Shown here piece after piece: positions 23,276-33,660 of a stretch of 64,000 nt of DNA (the stretch's first letter is position 1; each line of letters opens with the position of its first letter). The DNA lies in contig OZ244890.1 of NCBI GenBank assembly GCA_965221455.1, forward strand, positions 2,025,774 to 2,089,773, written 5' to 3'. Source of the stretch: Gammaproteobacteria bacterium. GTDB taxonomy: Bacteria > Pseudomonadota > Gammaproteobacteria > Eutrophobiales > Eutrophobiaceae. The notes below the pieces were generated by a model. The model saw only the letters and a list, made by a program, of their open reading frames with translations. It had not been told where the DNA came from and did no database searches. A program made the position numbers and the translations under genes.

Positions 23276-24397
23276 ATGATGGAATGGATCCGAACCAACC
23301 TTATTACTCCTTTGGTAGAACAATTGTTTCCGGTATCAATACATGCACATGTTGTGTTAACGATTGAAACTGTATTGAAGATTGCAGTAATAATTACACC
23401 AGTAATGCTTACAGTTGCGTATTTAACTTATTTTGAACGCAAGGTGATTGGATATATTCAGGGGCGAATCGGGCCAAACCGAGTGGGCGTATTCGGTTAT
23501 CATCTGTGGGGACTGGCACAACCGTTTGCGGATGCTCTTAAATTAATTTTTAAAGAGATAATTATTCCAACAGGCTCGAATAAAACATTGTTTGTGATTG
23601 CGCCGGTTTTGTCATTGGCACCTTCTCTGGCTGCTTGGGCGGTAATACCGTTTGAAGATACTCTGGTTTTGGCCGATATCAATGCCGGATTACTTTACAT
23701 ATTAGCGCTGACATCACTTGCTGTGTATGGCGTGATTGTTGCGGGTTGGGCATCTAACTCAAAATATGCCTTTCTGGGTACCATGCGTTCCGTCGCGCAA
23801 ATAGTGTCATATGAAATTGCTATGGGTTTCGCCCTGGTCGGTGTGTTATTGGCTGCAGGCAGTTTGAATCTGGGCGATATTGTGGATGCGCAGAGAGGTA
23901 GCTTCATTCACTGGTTTTGGTTACCTTTGTTACCGCTGGCGGTCGTTTATTTTATTTCAGGTGTCGCCGAGACCAATCGCGCACCTTTTGATGTTGCGGA
24001 AGGCGAGTCGGAAATCGTCGCGGGTTTTCATGTGGAATACGGCGGTATGGCCTTTTCAGTTTTTTTCATGGCTGAATATGCCAATATGATTATTATTGCA
24101 ATTCTGACAGCGGTCCTGTTTTTTGGAGGTTGGTTGTCACCTTTACAGGGAATATTACCGGAAGCTGTTTTCAGAGTGCCTGTTATCGGCACTTTACTTG
24201 GCGAGGGTATTCACTGGTTACTGATTAAAACTTCATTCTTCCTGTTTATGTTTTTGTGGCTTCGTGCAACTTTCCCACGCTATCGTTATGACCAGATCAT
24301 GCGTCTGGGCTGGAAAGTATTTATTCCGATTACTATTGTCTGGTTAATCGTTGTATCCGTCATGGCCGTAGTGGATATGCCGCTCTGGTTTGATTAG
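23276..24397 (+). CDS. nuoH: NADH-quinone oxidoreductase subunit H
   Basis: [13 protein letters not shown]...SNSKYAFLG...AETNRAPFD signature. Start at ATG 23270 or 23276 after GAGGAAAG RBS, overlapping the nuoG stop. Confidence 0.9.
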   Translation: MMEWIRTNLITPLVEQLFPVSIHAHVVLTIETVLKIAVIITPVMLTVAYLTYFERKVIGYIQGRIGPNRVGVFGYHLWGLAQPFADALKLIFKEIIIPTGSNKTLFVIAPVLSLAPSLAAWAVIPFEDTLVLADINAGLLYILALTSLAVYGVIVAGWASNSKYAFLGTMRSVAQIVSYEIAMGFALVGVLLAAGSLNLGDIVDAQRGSFIHWFWLPLLPLAVVYFISGVAETNRAPFDVAEGESEIVAGFHVEYGGMAFSVFFMAEYANMIIIAILTAVLFFGGWLSPLQGILPEAVFRVPVIGTLLGEGIHWLLIKTSFFLFMFLWLRATFPRYRYDQIMRLGWKVFIPITIVWLIVVSVMAVVDMPLWFD

Positions 24398-24403
24398 GTA
24401 TAG

Positions 24404-24895
24404 ATGATGAAAAAAATAGCGCGGTATATAAAAAGTTTATTTCTCCTTGAGCTAATCAGGGGATTGCGGTTGACCGGGCGTCATTTGTTCAGAAAAAAAG
24501 TAACGGTGCAATATCCGGAGGAAAAAACACCACAGTCACAAAGGTTTCGCGGACTTCATGCCTTGCGCCGTTATCCCAATGGAGAGGAACGTTGTATCGC
24601 CTGCAAATTATGTGAAGCGGTATGTCCGGCAGTTGCAATCACTATCGAATCTGAATTACGCGAAGACAATAGTCGTCGTACGACAGTTTATGACATCGAC
24701 TTGTCAAAGTGTATTTACTGTGGCTTCTGTGAAGAAGCCTGCCCGGTGGATGCCGTTGTTGAAACGCGTATCTTTGAATATCACGGTGAGCAACGTAAAG
24801 ATTTATTAATGACCAAAGAAATGTTGCTTGAAGTGGGCAAACAAGAAGAAGAACGGATTGCAAATGATCGGGCAGAGGAAGCACCATACAGATGA
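24404..24895 (+). CDS. nuoI: NADH-quinone oxidoreductase subunit I
   Basis: Two CxxCxxCxxxCP ferredoxin motifs ([12 protein letters not shown]; [12 protein letters not shown]). Confidence 0.9.
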   Translation: MMKKIARYIKSLFLLELIRGLRLTGRHLFRKKVTVQYPEEKTPQSQRFRGLHALRRYPNGEERCIACKLCEAVCPAVAITIESELREDNSRRTTVYDIDLSKCIYCGFCEEACPVDAVVETRIFEYHGEQRKDLLMTKEMLLEVGKQEEERIANDRAEEAPYR

Positions 24896-25566
24896 TCGAG
24901 CAAACAATCTTTTACATATTTTCTGCTTTGTTGCTGACATCATCTGGACTGCTGATCACTGTGCGTAATCCAGTGTTTGCGGCGTTGTTTTTGATCCTTG
25001 CGTTTTTCTCAAGTTCTGCGGTTTGGATACTACTTGAAGCAGAGTTTCTGGCGATTACATTAGTACTGGTCTATGTAGGTGCGGTCATGGTCTTATTTAT
25101 GTTCGTTGTCATGATGCTGGATATTAATCTGTCAGCTTTACGCGAGGGTTTTGCACGGTATTTACCTATCGGGATCACAGTCGCAATTTTGATGGCCTTA
25201 TCCATGGTACTGGTAATTAATGCTGGGGAGTTCAATTTGGCAAGCGATGTTGTTCAACGTCGTGGTGCTGATTACAGTAATATCAGGGAGTTGGGTGAAA
25301 TCCTGTATACCTCTTACTTGTATCCCTTTGAAATTGCAGGCGCTATTTTATTGGTTGCTATTATTGCTGCGATTTCACTCACTATACGCACTCCACGTTC
25401 CAGTAAAGCACAAAATCCAGGCCATCAGGTAACTGTTAAAAGTACAGATAGATTACGAATTGTCAAAATGCAGGACAAAGAGGTAGTTGGGGATACTGAT
25501 GAACATTTGCAAGAAGAAGCACATGACGATTCAGAAGAACCGACTTTTGTAAAGGACTCCTCATGA
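24892..25566 (+). CDS. nuoJ: NADH-quinone oxidoreductase subunit J
   Basis: Membrane subunit, NuoJ-like TM pattern; start overlaps the nuoI stop. Confidence 0.85.
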   Translation: MIEQTIFYIFSALLLTSSGLLITVRNPVFAALFLILAFFSSSAVWILLEAEFLAITLVLVYVGAVMVLFMFVVMMLDINLSALREGFARYLPIGITVAILMALSMVLVINAGEFNLASDVVQRRGADYSNIRELGEILYTSYLYPFEIAGAILLVAIIAAISLTIRTPRSSKAQNPGHQVTVKSTDRLRIVKMQDKEVVGDTDEHLQEEAHDDSEEPTFVKDSS

Positions 25567-25868
25567 TTACCTTGTCTAAGGTTCTGATTCTTGCCGCGTT
25601 ACTTTTCTGTATCAGTGTGGCTGGAATATTTTTGAATCGAAAAAACATTTTAATCATATTGATGTGCATCGAATTGATGCTGTTATCAGTGAATATGAAT
25701 TTCATTGCCTTTTCGTATTTTTTGCACGATATCAATGGTCAGATATTTGTGTTTTTCATATTAACTGTGGCCGCAGCGGAGGCGGCGATAGGTTTAGCCA
25801 TTCTTGTTGTCCTGTTTCGTAACAGGAACACCATTGATGTTGATGACTTGAAGAGCATGGAGGGTTAG
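25563..25868 (+). CDS. nuoK: NADH-quinone oxidoreductase subunit K
   Basis: 101-aa 3-TM subunit; start overlaps the nuoJ stop. Confidence 0.9.
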   Translation: MITLSKVLILAALLFCISVAGIFLNRKNILIILMCIELMLLSVNMNFIAFSYFLHDINGQIFVFFILTVAAAEAAIGLAILVVLFRNRNTIDVDDLKSMEG

Positions 25869-25873
25869 CCACG

Positions 25874-27883
25874 TTGAATTTGTTTGACCGACTGTTTATG
25901 GACGGAGGGAAAGATATCTATCTCGCTATCGTATTAGCGCCTCTGCTTGGTTCAGTCATTGCAGGATTATTTGGAAAATTAATCGGTCGTGCCGGGGCAC
26001 ATTGGATAACAATCATCGGCGTTGGGATCTCTTCCATTCTTTCCATGCTGGCCTATTATCATCTTTTTTATAACGCTGGAGGAATCTATAACGAGACTAT
26101 TTATACCTGGCTCAACAGTGGCAATCTGCATTTTGAAATTGGTTTTTTGATCGATAAATTATCTGTCACCATGATGGTGGTGGTTACCTTTGTTTCATGG
26201 ATGATCCATATTTATACCATCGGTTATATGCATGACGATCCAGGTTATCAACGATTTTTCAGTTACATCTCATTATTCACCTTTTCCATGTTGATGCTGG
26301 TGATGTCGAATAATTTCATGCAGTTATTCTTCGCCTGGGAAGCCGTCGGACTAGTGTCATATCTATTGATTGGTTTTTGGTTTACACGTGAAAGCGCAAT
26401 CTTCGCAAATCTGAAAGCATTCCTGGTAAATCGTGTCGGCGATTTTGGTTTCCTCCTGGGTATTGCCGCCATACTGATGCATTTTCAGTCAATGGACTAT
26501 ATTGAAGTGTTTGAGCAAGCACCTGTTTTAGCTTCTGCGACCGTTATTATATGGGGTGATGAATCATGGTCACTGATGTCGGTAATTTGCATCTGTTTAT
26601 TTATTGGTGCGATGGGTAAATCCGCGCAAGTTCCTTTACATGTTTGGTTACCCGATTCCATGGAAGGCCCAACGCCGATTTCAGCCTTGATTCATGCAGC
26701 GACCATGGTCACCGCAGGTATCTTTATGGTATCTCGCATGTCGCCACTTTATGAGTTATCTGAAACGGCGTTGAATTTTATCTTGATAATCGGTGCCACT
26801 ACCGCATTTTTTATGGGGCTGTTGGGTCTGGTCCAAAACGATATCAAACGTGTGATTGCCTATTCAACCTTGTCACAATTGGGTTATATGACTGTCGCGC
26901 TTGGTGCCTCTGCCTATGCCGCAGCGATGTTTCATCTGGTTACGCACGCTTTTTTTAAGGCTTTATTATTTCTTGCAGCCGGGGCAGTCATTATCGCCAT
27001 GCATCATGAGCAGGATATGCGCAAGATGGGAGGTCTTTATAAGTATCTCCCCATTACATGGGTTACCTGTCTGGTAGGATCGATCGCATTGATTGGTTTC
27101 CCTGGAACCTCCGGTTTCTTTTCCAAGGATGCCATTATAGAGGCAGTGCATCTATCGACTTTACCGGCCGCAGGTTATGCCTACTACGCTGTTTTATCAG
27201 GAGTCTTTATCACTGCATTATATAGCTTCCGATTATTTTTCATGACCTTTCACGGAAAGGAAAGGATGGATAAACATACTTGGGAACAATTGCATGAATG
27301 TCCGGCCGTTGTGACTGTCCCGCTTGTTATGTTGGCGATCCCATCGCTGATTTTGGGGGCGTGGTTGCTTGGGCCGATCCTGTTTGGAGATTACTTTGGT
27401 GATGCAATTCAGGTTGCTGAAAGCCATAATGTTTTATTTGAAATGGGACATCACTATCATGGTAAGTGGTATGAAATCGCATGGCAATTTTTTGTGCATG
27501 GCATTCGACATCCCATAGTCATAATTCTTGCGCTTTCGGGTGTGTTTACAGCGTGGTTGTTGTATATCAAATTTCCACACATGCCGGCAAAGATTGCGAA
27601 AACTCTGGGTATCATCTATCGCTTGTTGTTGAATAAGTATGGCTTTGATGATTTTTACCAAAAAGTTTTTGCTGGAGGTGCAAAAGAAATAGGCCGACTA
27701 CTTTGGCAAATAGGTGACGTCAGATTCATTGATGGATTTATTGTCAATGGTTCAGCATCGTCGGTCAGGAAATTCTCAGGCGTCATTAGACAAATACAGT
27801 CAGGCTATTTATACCATTATGCGTTTGCCATGATTATAGGTTTGTTACTGTTGCTTGGCGTGTTCGTGCATAAATTAATTTAG
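25874..27883 (+). CDS. nuoL: NADH-quinone oxidoreductase subunit L
   Basis: Antiporter-like subunit with long C-terminal amphipathic helix. Start could be TTG 25874 (GGAGGG RBS) or ATG 25898. Confidence 0.85.
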   Translation: MNLFDRLFMDGGKDIYLAIVLAPLLGSVIAGLFGKLIGRAGAHWITIIGVGISSILSMLAYYHLFYNAGGIYNETIYTWLNSGNLHFEIGFLIDKLSVTMMVVVTFVSWMIHIYTIGYMHDDPGYQRFFSYISLFTFSMLMLVMSNNFMQLFFAWEAVGLVSYLLIGFWFTRESAIFANLKAFLVNRVGDFGFLLGIAAILMHFQSMDYIEVFEQAPVLASATVIIWGDESWSLMSVICICLFIGAMGKSAQVPLHVWLPDSMEGPTPISALIHAATMVTAGIFMVSRMSPLYELSETALNFILIIGATTAFFMGLLGLVQNDIKRVIAYSTLSQLGYMTVALGASAYAAAMFHLVTHAFFKALLFLAAGAVIIAMHHEQDMRKMGGLYKYLPITWVTCLVGSIALIGFPGTSGFFSKDAIIEAVHLSTLPAAGYAYYAVLSGVFITALYSFRLFFMTFHGKERMDKHTWEQLHECPAVVTVPLVMLAIPSLILGAWLLGPILFGDYFGDAIQVAESHNVLFEMGHHYHGKWYEIAWQFFVHGIRHPIVIILALSGVFTAWLLYIKFPHMPAKIAKTLGIIYRLLLNKYGFDDFYQKVFAGGAKEIGRLLWQIGDVRFIDGFIVNGSASSVRKFSGVIRQIQSGYLYHYAFAMIIGLLLLLGVFVHKLI

Positions 27884-27904
27884 TCATAAATGAAAAATTA
27901 AAAA

Positions 27905-29425
27905 ATGTCAGCGAATATACCAATATTGAGTTTGTTGATCTGGGGGCCGATCATCGGAGGCGTACTGGTACTGTATGCAGGAGACAGACAGGAAAATACT
28001 ACCAAGATAGTAGCCTTGATGATTGCAGTACTGACATTTTTGTTATCCACCTTGCTGTACAAAAATTTTGATTTCAATACGCATGAAATGCAGTTTGTTG
28101 AGTTCGCGTACTGGATAGAATCTTTTAACATCAACTATCATCTTGGCGTTGATGGTATTGCCATGCCGTTGATCATACTCACTACTTTTATAACAGTGTT
28201 GGTGATTCTGGCGGCATGGGAAGTTATAAACAAAAGAATTTCCCAGTACCTCGCGGCTTTTTTAATTATGGAAGGTCTGATGAATGGAGTCTTCTCTTCG
28301 CTGGATGTTATGTTGTTTTATGTGTATTGGGAGGCGATGTTAATTCCGATGTTTTTAATTATCGGGATATGGGGTGGACCGAATCGCGTTTATGCGACGA
28401 TTAAATTTTTCCTGTATACCTTCTTTGGTTCAGTTTTCATGTTAGTGGCTTTTCTCTATCTATATTCTCGGTCAGGTAGTTTTAACATCCTGGAGTTGCA
28501 TAATTTGCCACTGGATTTAGATGCGCAGAAATTACTCTTTATCGCTTTTTTCCTGGCTTTTGCCGTGAAAATACCCATGTGGCCAGTGCATACATGGCTG
28601 CCAGATGCTCATGTTGAAGCACCCACTGGAGGCTCAGTGATACTGGCTGCGATTATGTTGAAACTTGGCGGATATGGTTTTCTTCGATTCAGTTTACCGA
28701 TTACTCCTGGTGCCAGTGCGTATTTTGACTGTGCAATGATTATCCTGTCGTTGATTGCTATTGTTTATATTGGTTTTGTCGCCCTGGTACAGCAGGATAT
28801 GAAAAAGCTGATTGCTTATTCGTCAATATCACATATGGGATTCGTTACTCTGGGTTTTTTTATCGGCTTTACTATTGTAGAGACAACGGGTTCTGCAGAA
28901 GCTGCAGTATTTGGGCTGGAAGGCGCGATGATCCAAATGATTTCCCACGGTTTTATTTCCGGCGCTTTATTTCTTTGTGTTGGGATTATGTATGACAGGG
29001 TTCATAGCCGCCAAATTAGTGACTACGGCGGCGTGGTTAATACCATGCCGCATTTTGCCGCATTTATGATGTTATTCGCTATGGCTAATTCAGGTTTGCC
29101 GGGAACGTCAGGTTTTGTCGGTGAGTTTGTTGTTATCCTGAGTGCGTATCAGGCTGACTTCTGGATAGCATTTCTGGCAGCATTAACATTAATACTCGGC
29201 GCGGCTTATACATTAGGGATGTACAAAAGAGTTATTTTCGGTGATGTATCTAATGATAATGTAGCAAAACTAAAAGATGTTAATTCGCGTGAAACATTTA
29301 TCCTGTCGATACTTGGTATTGCTGTATTAGTGTTTGGGCTTTATCCGGCTCCCTTATTTGATGTAATGCATCCGACGATGGAACATTTATTTGAGCACGT
29401 GATGCAGTCGAAGGAAGGAACCTGA
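27905..29425 (+). CDS. nuoM: NADH-quinone oxidoreductase subunit M
   Basis: Antiporter-like subunit; WLPDAHVEAPT motif. Confidence 0.9.
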   Translation: MSANIPILSLLIWGPIIGGVLVLYAGDRQENTTKIVALMIAVLTFLLSTLLYKNFDFNTHEMQFVEFAYWIESFNINYHLGVDGIAMPLIILTTFITVLVILAAWEVINKRISQYLAAFLIMEGLMNGVFSSLDVMLFYVYWEAMLIPMFLIIGIWGGPNRVYATIKFFLYTFFGSVFMLVAFLYLYSRSGSFNILELHNLPLDLDAQKLLFIAFFLAFAVKIPMWPVHTWLPDAHVEAPTGGSVILAAIMLKLGGYGFLRFSLPITPGASAYFDCAMIILSLIAIVYIGFVALVQQDMKKLIAYSSISHMGFVTLGFFIGFTIVETTGSAEAAVFGLEGAMIQMISHGFISGALFLCVGIMYDRVHSRQISDYGGVVNTMPHFAAFMMLFAMANSGLPGTSGFVGEFVVILSAYQADFWIAFLAALTLILGAAYTLGMYKRVIFGDVSNDNVAKLKDVNSRETFILSILGIAVLVFGLYPAPLFDVMHPTMEHLFEHVMQSKEGT

Positions 29426-29427
29426 AT

Positions 29428-30864
29428 ATGATATCAGCATCTGACATCCTGCTATTGATACCTGAGATATTAATGCTGACTTTCGCCAGTCTCATTTTAG
29501 TCGCAGACACATTCAGTAAAGATTTATACCGTAGGCTAACTTATTACTTATCCCAGCTTGCGCTTATTCTAACCGCTACATGCGTGCTGATTTATTGCCC
29601 GGAACAAACGACTTACGCATTTGGTAATAGTTTTGTCAGTGACGGTATGAGTGTCGTTCTAAAAATCTTTGTATTCGTGACCAGCTTCTTTGCATTTCTT
29701 TATGCACATGAATATCTGAAAGAACACGGTTGGATGCAAGGAGAATATTTTGTTTTAGGCCTATTTGCTGTTCTCGGCATGATGATCCTGATTTCAGCAC
29801 ATAGTCTACTCACTATTTATCTTGGTCTGGAATTATTGTCGTTATCACTCTACGCCATGGTTGCAATGCTTAGAAAATCAACGACAGAATCAGAAGCCGC
29901 GATGAAATACTTTGTGTTGGGTGCTATCGCATCAGGCATGTTGTTATACGGTATGTCGATGATTTACGGTGTCACAGGGGAACTGGAAATGGCGAATATC
30001 GCAGCAAGCATCGGCAGTGATACCGATAATACATTACTGGTTTTCGGCCTGGTATTTATCCTGATAGGCATCGCATTTAAACTTGGTGCTGTGCCATTTC
30101 ATATGTGGGTGCCGGATGTTTATCAAGGTGCACCGACCTGCGTGGCCTTATTTATCGCTAGTGCACCCAAGCTGGCAGCTTTTGCCATGGCGATGAGATT
30201 TTTGGTAGATGGTTTATATTCCCTGGTGAGTGATTGGCAGGGGGTGCTCATTATCCTGTCACTACTATCCATGGCGGTAGGTAATGTTATTGCCATTTCA
30301 CAAACCAACATCAAACGTATGTTGGCTTATTCGACTATCGCGCATGTCGGTTATCTATTATTAGGAATTTTGTCAGGCACGGTATCCGGTTATGCCGGTT
30401 CTATGTTCTATATCATTACCTATGCCCTGATGAGTATGGGAGCCTTTGCGATGATTATCTTGCTGGGTAGGAAGGGTTTTGAAGCAGACCAACTCGATCA
30501 TTTCAAAGGCCTTTGCGACAGGAGTCCGTGGTTTACCTTCATTATGTTGATACTGATGTTCTCCATGGCTGGAGTGCCACCTTTTCTGGGTTTTTGGGGT
30601 AAGTGGTTTGTTCTCAAAGAGTTAGTAGATGCAGGTTTCGTCTGGTTAGCAGTGGCAGCAGTCTTCTTCTCAATCATTGGTGCTTACTATTACTTAAGGG
30701 TAATAAAACTTATGTATTTCGATAAAGCGGATTCAATGACTGCAATCAAGGCATCAAAACAAATGCGTTTTGCGCTGAGCGTTAATGGTCTGGCGTTACT
30801 CGTTTTAGGATTAATGCCCGGCACATTGTTGGCAATCTGTGTTAATGCCATGTTGACTATTTAA
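29428..30864 (+). CDS. nuoN: NADH-quinone oxidoreductase subunit N
   Basis: Antiporter-like subunit; last gene of the operon. Confidence 0.9.
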   Translation: MISASDILLLIPEILMLTFASLILVADTFSKDLYRRLTYYLSQLALILTATCVLIYCPEQTTYAFGNSFVSDGMSVVLKIFVFVTSFFAFLYAHEYLKEHGWMQGEYFVLGLFAVLGMMILISAHSLLTIYLGLELLSLSLYAMVAMLRKSTTESEAAMKYFVLGAIASGMLLYGMSMIYGVTGELEMANIAASIGSDTDNTLLVFGLVFILIGIAFKLGAVPFHMWVPDVYQGAPTCVALFIASAPKLAAFAMAMRFLVDGLYSLVSDWQGVLIILSLLSMAVGNVIAISQTNIKRMLAYSTIAHVGYLLLGILSGTVSGYAGSMFYIITYALMSMGAFAMIILLGRKGFEADQLDHFKGLCDRSPWFTFIMLILMFSMAGVPPFLGFWGKWFVLKELVDAGFVWLAVAAVFFSIIGAYYYLRVIKLMYFDKADSMTAIKASKQMRFALSVNGLALLVLGLMPGTLLAICVNAMLTI

Positions 30865-30975
30865 TGAGTACAAGTGCTACAGTCTTTGGTTATTACTAAT
30901 CATTTCTTTTATTGCTGCAAACCTGCCCTGGTTAAATGAGCGTTTTCTATTCGTTATAAAACAGACAACAAAAAA

Positions 30976-31224
30976 ATGCCGGGAATGCGCCTACTGGAAT
31001 GGTTGTTACTGTATTTTATCGCCGGACTAATCGCACTTGGGTTTGAGAAAAAGATGACAGTGCAGTTACACACTCAGGATTGGAGATTTTATGCAACCGG
31101 GTTTTGTTTATTTATCGTGTTTACCTTACCTGGGTTTATTTATCGATATGATTTCGTCAGCCACTATCAATGGTGGAGAAAGCGGCGGTTAAAATCATTC
31201 ACTTCCTCGATCTTTTTAAGATGA
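30976..31224 (+). CDS. Small hypothetical membrane protein (82 aa, 2 TM) downstream of nuoN
   Basis: ORF with two hydrophobic helices. Small conserved membrane proteins of this type (DUF2818-like) are often found after nuoN. Its 3' end overlaps convergent nhaA. Confidence 0.45.
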   Translation: MPGMRLLEWLLLYFIAGLIALGFEKKMTVQLHTQDWRFYATGFCLFIVFTLPGFIYRYDFVSHYQWWRKRRLKSFTSSIFLR

Positions 31225-32404
31225 GATAGCCGACAATTCCGGAAAGAAATGAAGCGACGATAATAGCCAACTTGTCTGCTGACTCATATATCTGCGTATC
31301 ACCATAAGCTAGAGAATCAACAAACAGGCTCATGGTAAATCCGATACCTGTAAGGATAGATACCCCGTACAGTTGTAGCCATTTAGTGTCTTTCGGCAAG
31401 TCGGCTAATCCCGTTTTTATTGCGAGCCAACAAAAACCAAAGACTCCAAGCTGTTTTCCAACAAACAGACCGAGCATAATTCCCATCGGTACAGGATTTA
31501 ACATTTGCTCTAGAGAGATATTTCTTAAATCAATTCCTGCGTTAACAAACGCAAAAAGTGGCAAGATCGTAAATGCCACCCAATAGTGTAAGTCATGTTC
31601 CATTTCCTTACTCAAAGAGAAAACTTTACCTTCTTTATCAGTAGAGACTAAAGGAATCATAAATGCCAGAGCAACGCCTGCCAGAGTCGCATGAACACCT
31701 GATTTCAGTACGCTTACCCAAAGTACGACACCAACCAGAATATAAGCGGCTTTTTTTGCGACACCAATTCTGTTCATAATGAATAAAACAGTCAGTGAAA
31801 TTGACGCGATGATGATAGATAGTGTTGATAGTTCGACAGTGTAAAACAGTGCAATAATGATAATAGCACCCAGATCATCTATAATGGCCAGGGCCAGTAA
31901 AAATATTTTTAGGGAAATAGGAACTCTGTTCCCCAATAGGGAGAGAACGCCCAAAGCAAAAGCGATGTCTGTTGCCGTTGGTATGGCCCAACCCTTCATC
32001 GCGAGTGGATCAGCATGATTAAACGCGACAAACACCAAAGCAGGGATGACCATTCCACCAATAGCCGCAATACAGGGCAAGGCTGCCTGATTAATTGTGG
32101 AAAGATGGCCTTCCATTACCTCTCTTTTAACTTCCAGACCGATAAGAAAGAAAAATATAGCCATTAATCCATCGTTGACCCAGAGTAATAACGGCTTGGC
32201 AATTTGTAGATCACCAAGTCGAACTTCCACATGAGTATATAGAAAACTACTGTATGCTTGCGATAGTCCACTGTTTTGCAAAATCAGAGCGGCAATAGTG
32301 GCAATAATCAGCAGTACTCCTGCTGTAGATTCTCGTTTTATAAATGTTTCAATAAAGGTCATGATGATGACTCTGCAAAGGCCGAATCCGTCGACCTGGG
32401 ACAT
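31199..32404 (-). CDS. nhaA: Na+/H+ antiporter NhaA
   Basis: NhaA TM pattern and conserved DD pair region (IIDDLGAIIIIALFY). The ATG at 32404 forms a TAATG overlap with the upstream rhodanese stop; an alternative start at 32362 (MTFIETF...) aligns better with E. coli NhaA. Confidence 0.85.
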   Translation of the reverse strand: MSQVDGFGLCRVIIMTFIETFIKRESTAGVLLIIATIAALILQNSGLSQAYSSFLYTHVEVRLGDLQIAKPLLLWVNDGLMAIFFFLIGLEVKREVMEGHLSTINQAALPCIAAIGGMVIPALVFVAFNHADPLAMKGWAIPTATDIAFALGVLSLLGNRVPISLKIFLLALAIIDDLGAIIIIALFYTVELSTLSIIIASISLTVLFIMNRIGVAKKAAYILVGVVLWVSVLKSGVHATLAGVALAFMIPLVSTDKEGKVFSLSKEMEHDLHYWVAFTILPLFAFVNAGIDLRNISLEQMLNPVPMGIMLGLFVGKQLGVFGFCWLAIKTGLADLPKDTKWLQLYGVSILTGIGFTMSLFVDSLAYGDTQIYESADKLAIIVASFLSGIVGYLILKRSRK

Positions 32405-32892
32405 TATTTTCCGGGTACTGTTTCATTTAATATCTTTCCCCAATATTGATTATAAGAATGTACAGCACGGGTAGTTCCGGCTTGATTAACGAGGGGGAGA
32501 CTGGCGTTGGCCCAGGCAAAGATGGAACCTTCAAGATTAGAAATATTTTCCACCCCCGTTTTTTTTAATCTTTGAGCCATTTTCGATGATCGATAGCCGA
32601 CTGAACAGTAGACGACGACAGCTTTTTTTTCTTGCAAAGCAAGAGTGGCAATGGCTTTTGCATCGGTTAAGTGTCGCGCCCCGGGAATATGACTCACGGC
32701 GTATTCTTCGTATTCTCTAACGTCAATGAGTAATATCTCGGCGGGATTTTTGGTATTAAATTGCTCTATAGAAATATGTTCTACAGAAGGAAATTCCCTG
32801 TGTATTTTACTGTTGATCCGCTCCAGGTCCAATGCATGACACTGATAACTCAGCAACGACAGTATGAGAAAAATAGACGACTTATTCTGCAT
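32404..32892 (-). CDS. Periplasmic rhodanese-domain protein (sulfurtransferase)
   Basis: Signal peptide + rhodanese domain with active-site loop VVYCSVGYRSS. Confidence 0.75.
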   Translation of the reverse strand: MQNKSSIFLILSLLSYQCHALDLERINSKIHREFPSVEHISIEQFNTKNPAEILLIDVREYEEYAVSHIPGARHLTDAKAIATLALQEKKAVVVYCSVGYRSSKMAQRLKKTGVENISNLEGSIFAWANASLPLVNQAGTTRAVHSYNQYWGKILNETVPGK

Positions 32893-33660
32893 GTGTATTG
32901 AAAGTAATAAAAAAAATTATATTATTCATTTCCATATCCAAAATTGATAACAACGCTAACTCTTTACATTTTATTTATAAAAGATGCAGCGCAAACCGGT
33001 TGGTCTGTAACATATCTCATAATCTTCACTATACTTTTGGTTAAAAACACCACCATCAATCATCAATCATCAATCAGCAACTGGATATTTTTACCACAAT
33101 TAAGGATAAGAAATATATTGACTTAAAAAAATAGTGCATTGCTTATTTTGAACCTGAATCAAAAGTGTTTTCCGTTGACAGCACACTAAATTTTGATATA
33201 AAGATAACTTTGTGAAAGGAAGGACTATTTAGTAACTTGATCTAACAAAACGGATTTAAGGCTATTTTTCGTTCCTGTAATAATCGAATAATTTGCATTT
33301 TAACCTCGCATGAGTAATTCGCTAAGGATTATAACTAATGAAATCTAGTTTGTGCAACTAACAGGACGTGTTGTTTAAAAAATTGACGTAATACAAGACC
33401 AGGAAAATACCTAACTTATAAAATAACAGGGAAACGTATTATTATGACTCTTTTATTTAAATCTTATCAAATGATATCAGGTTTACATTTACTGAAATCA
33501 CTCTTAATTAAATATCGGCACTTGGTCGTGCTGCGGGTGACCGCTAAAAGTCGCTGAGATTCAGGCTTCGACCTTCATTAAGAATGACAGTATTACCTGA
33601 AGGACCTAATACAAAAATTCTGCATTTTCAAACTATCGAATTTTTAATAATTCGTTAGCA

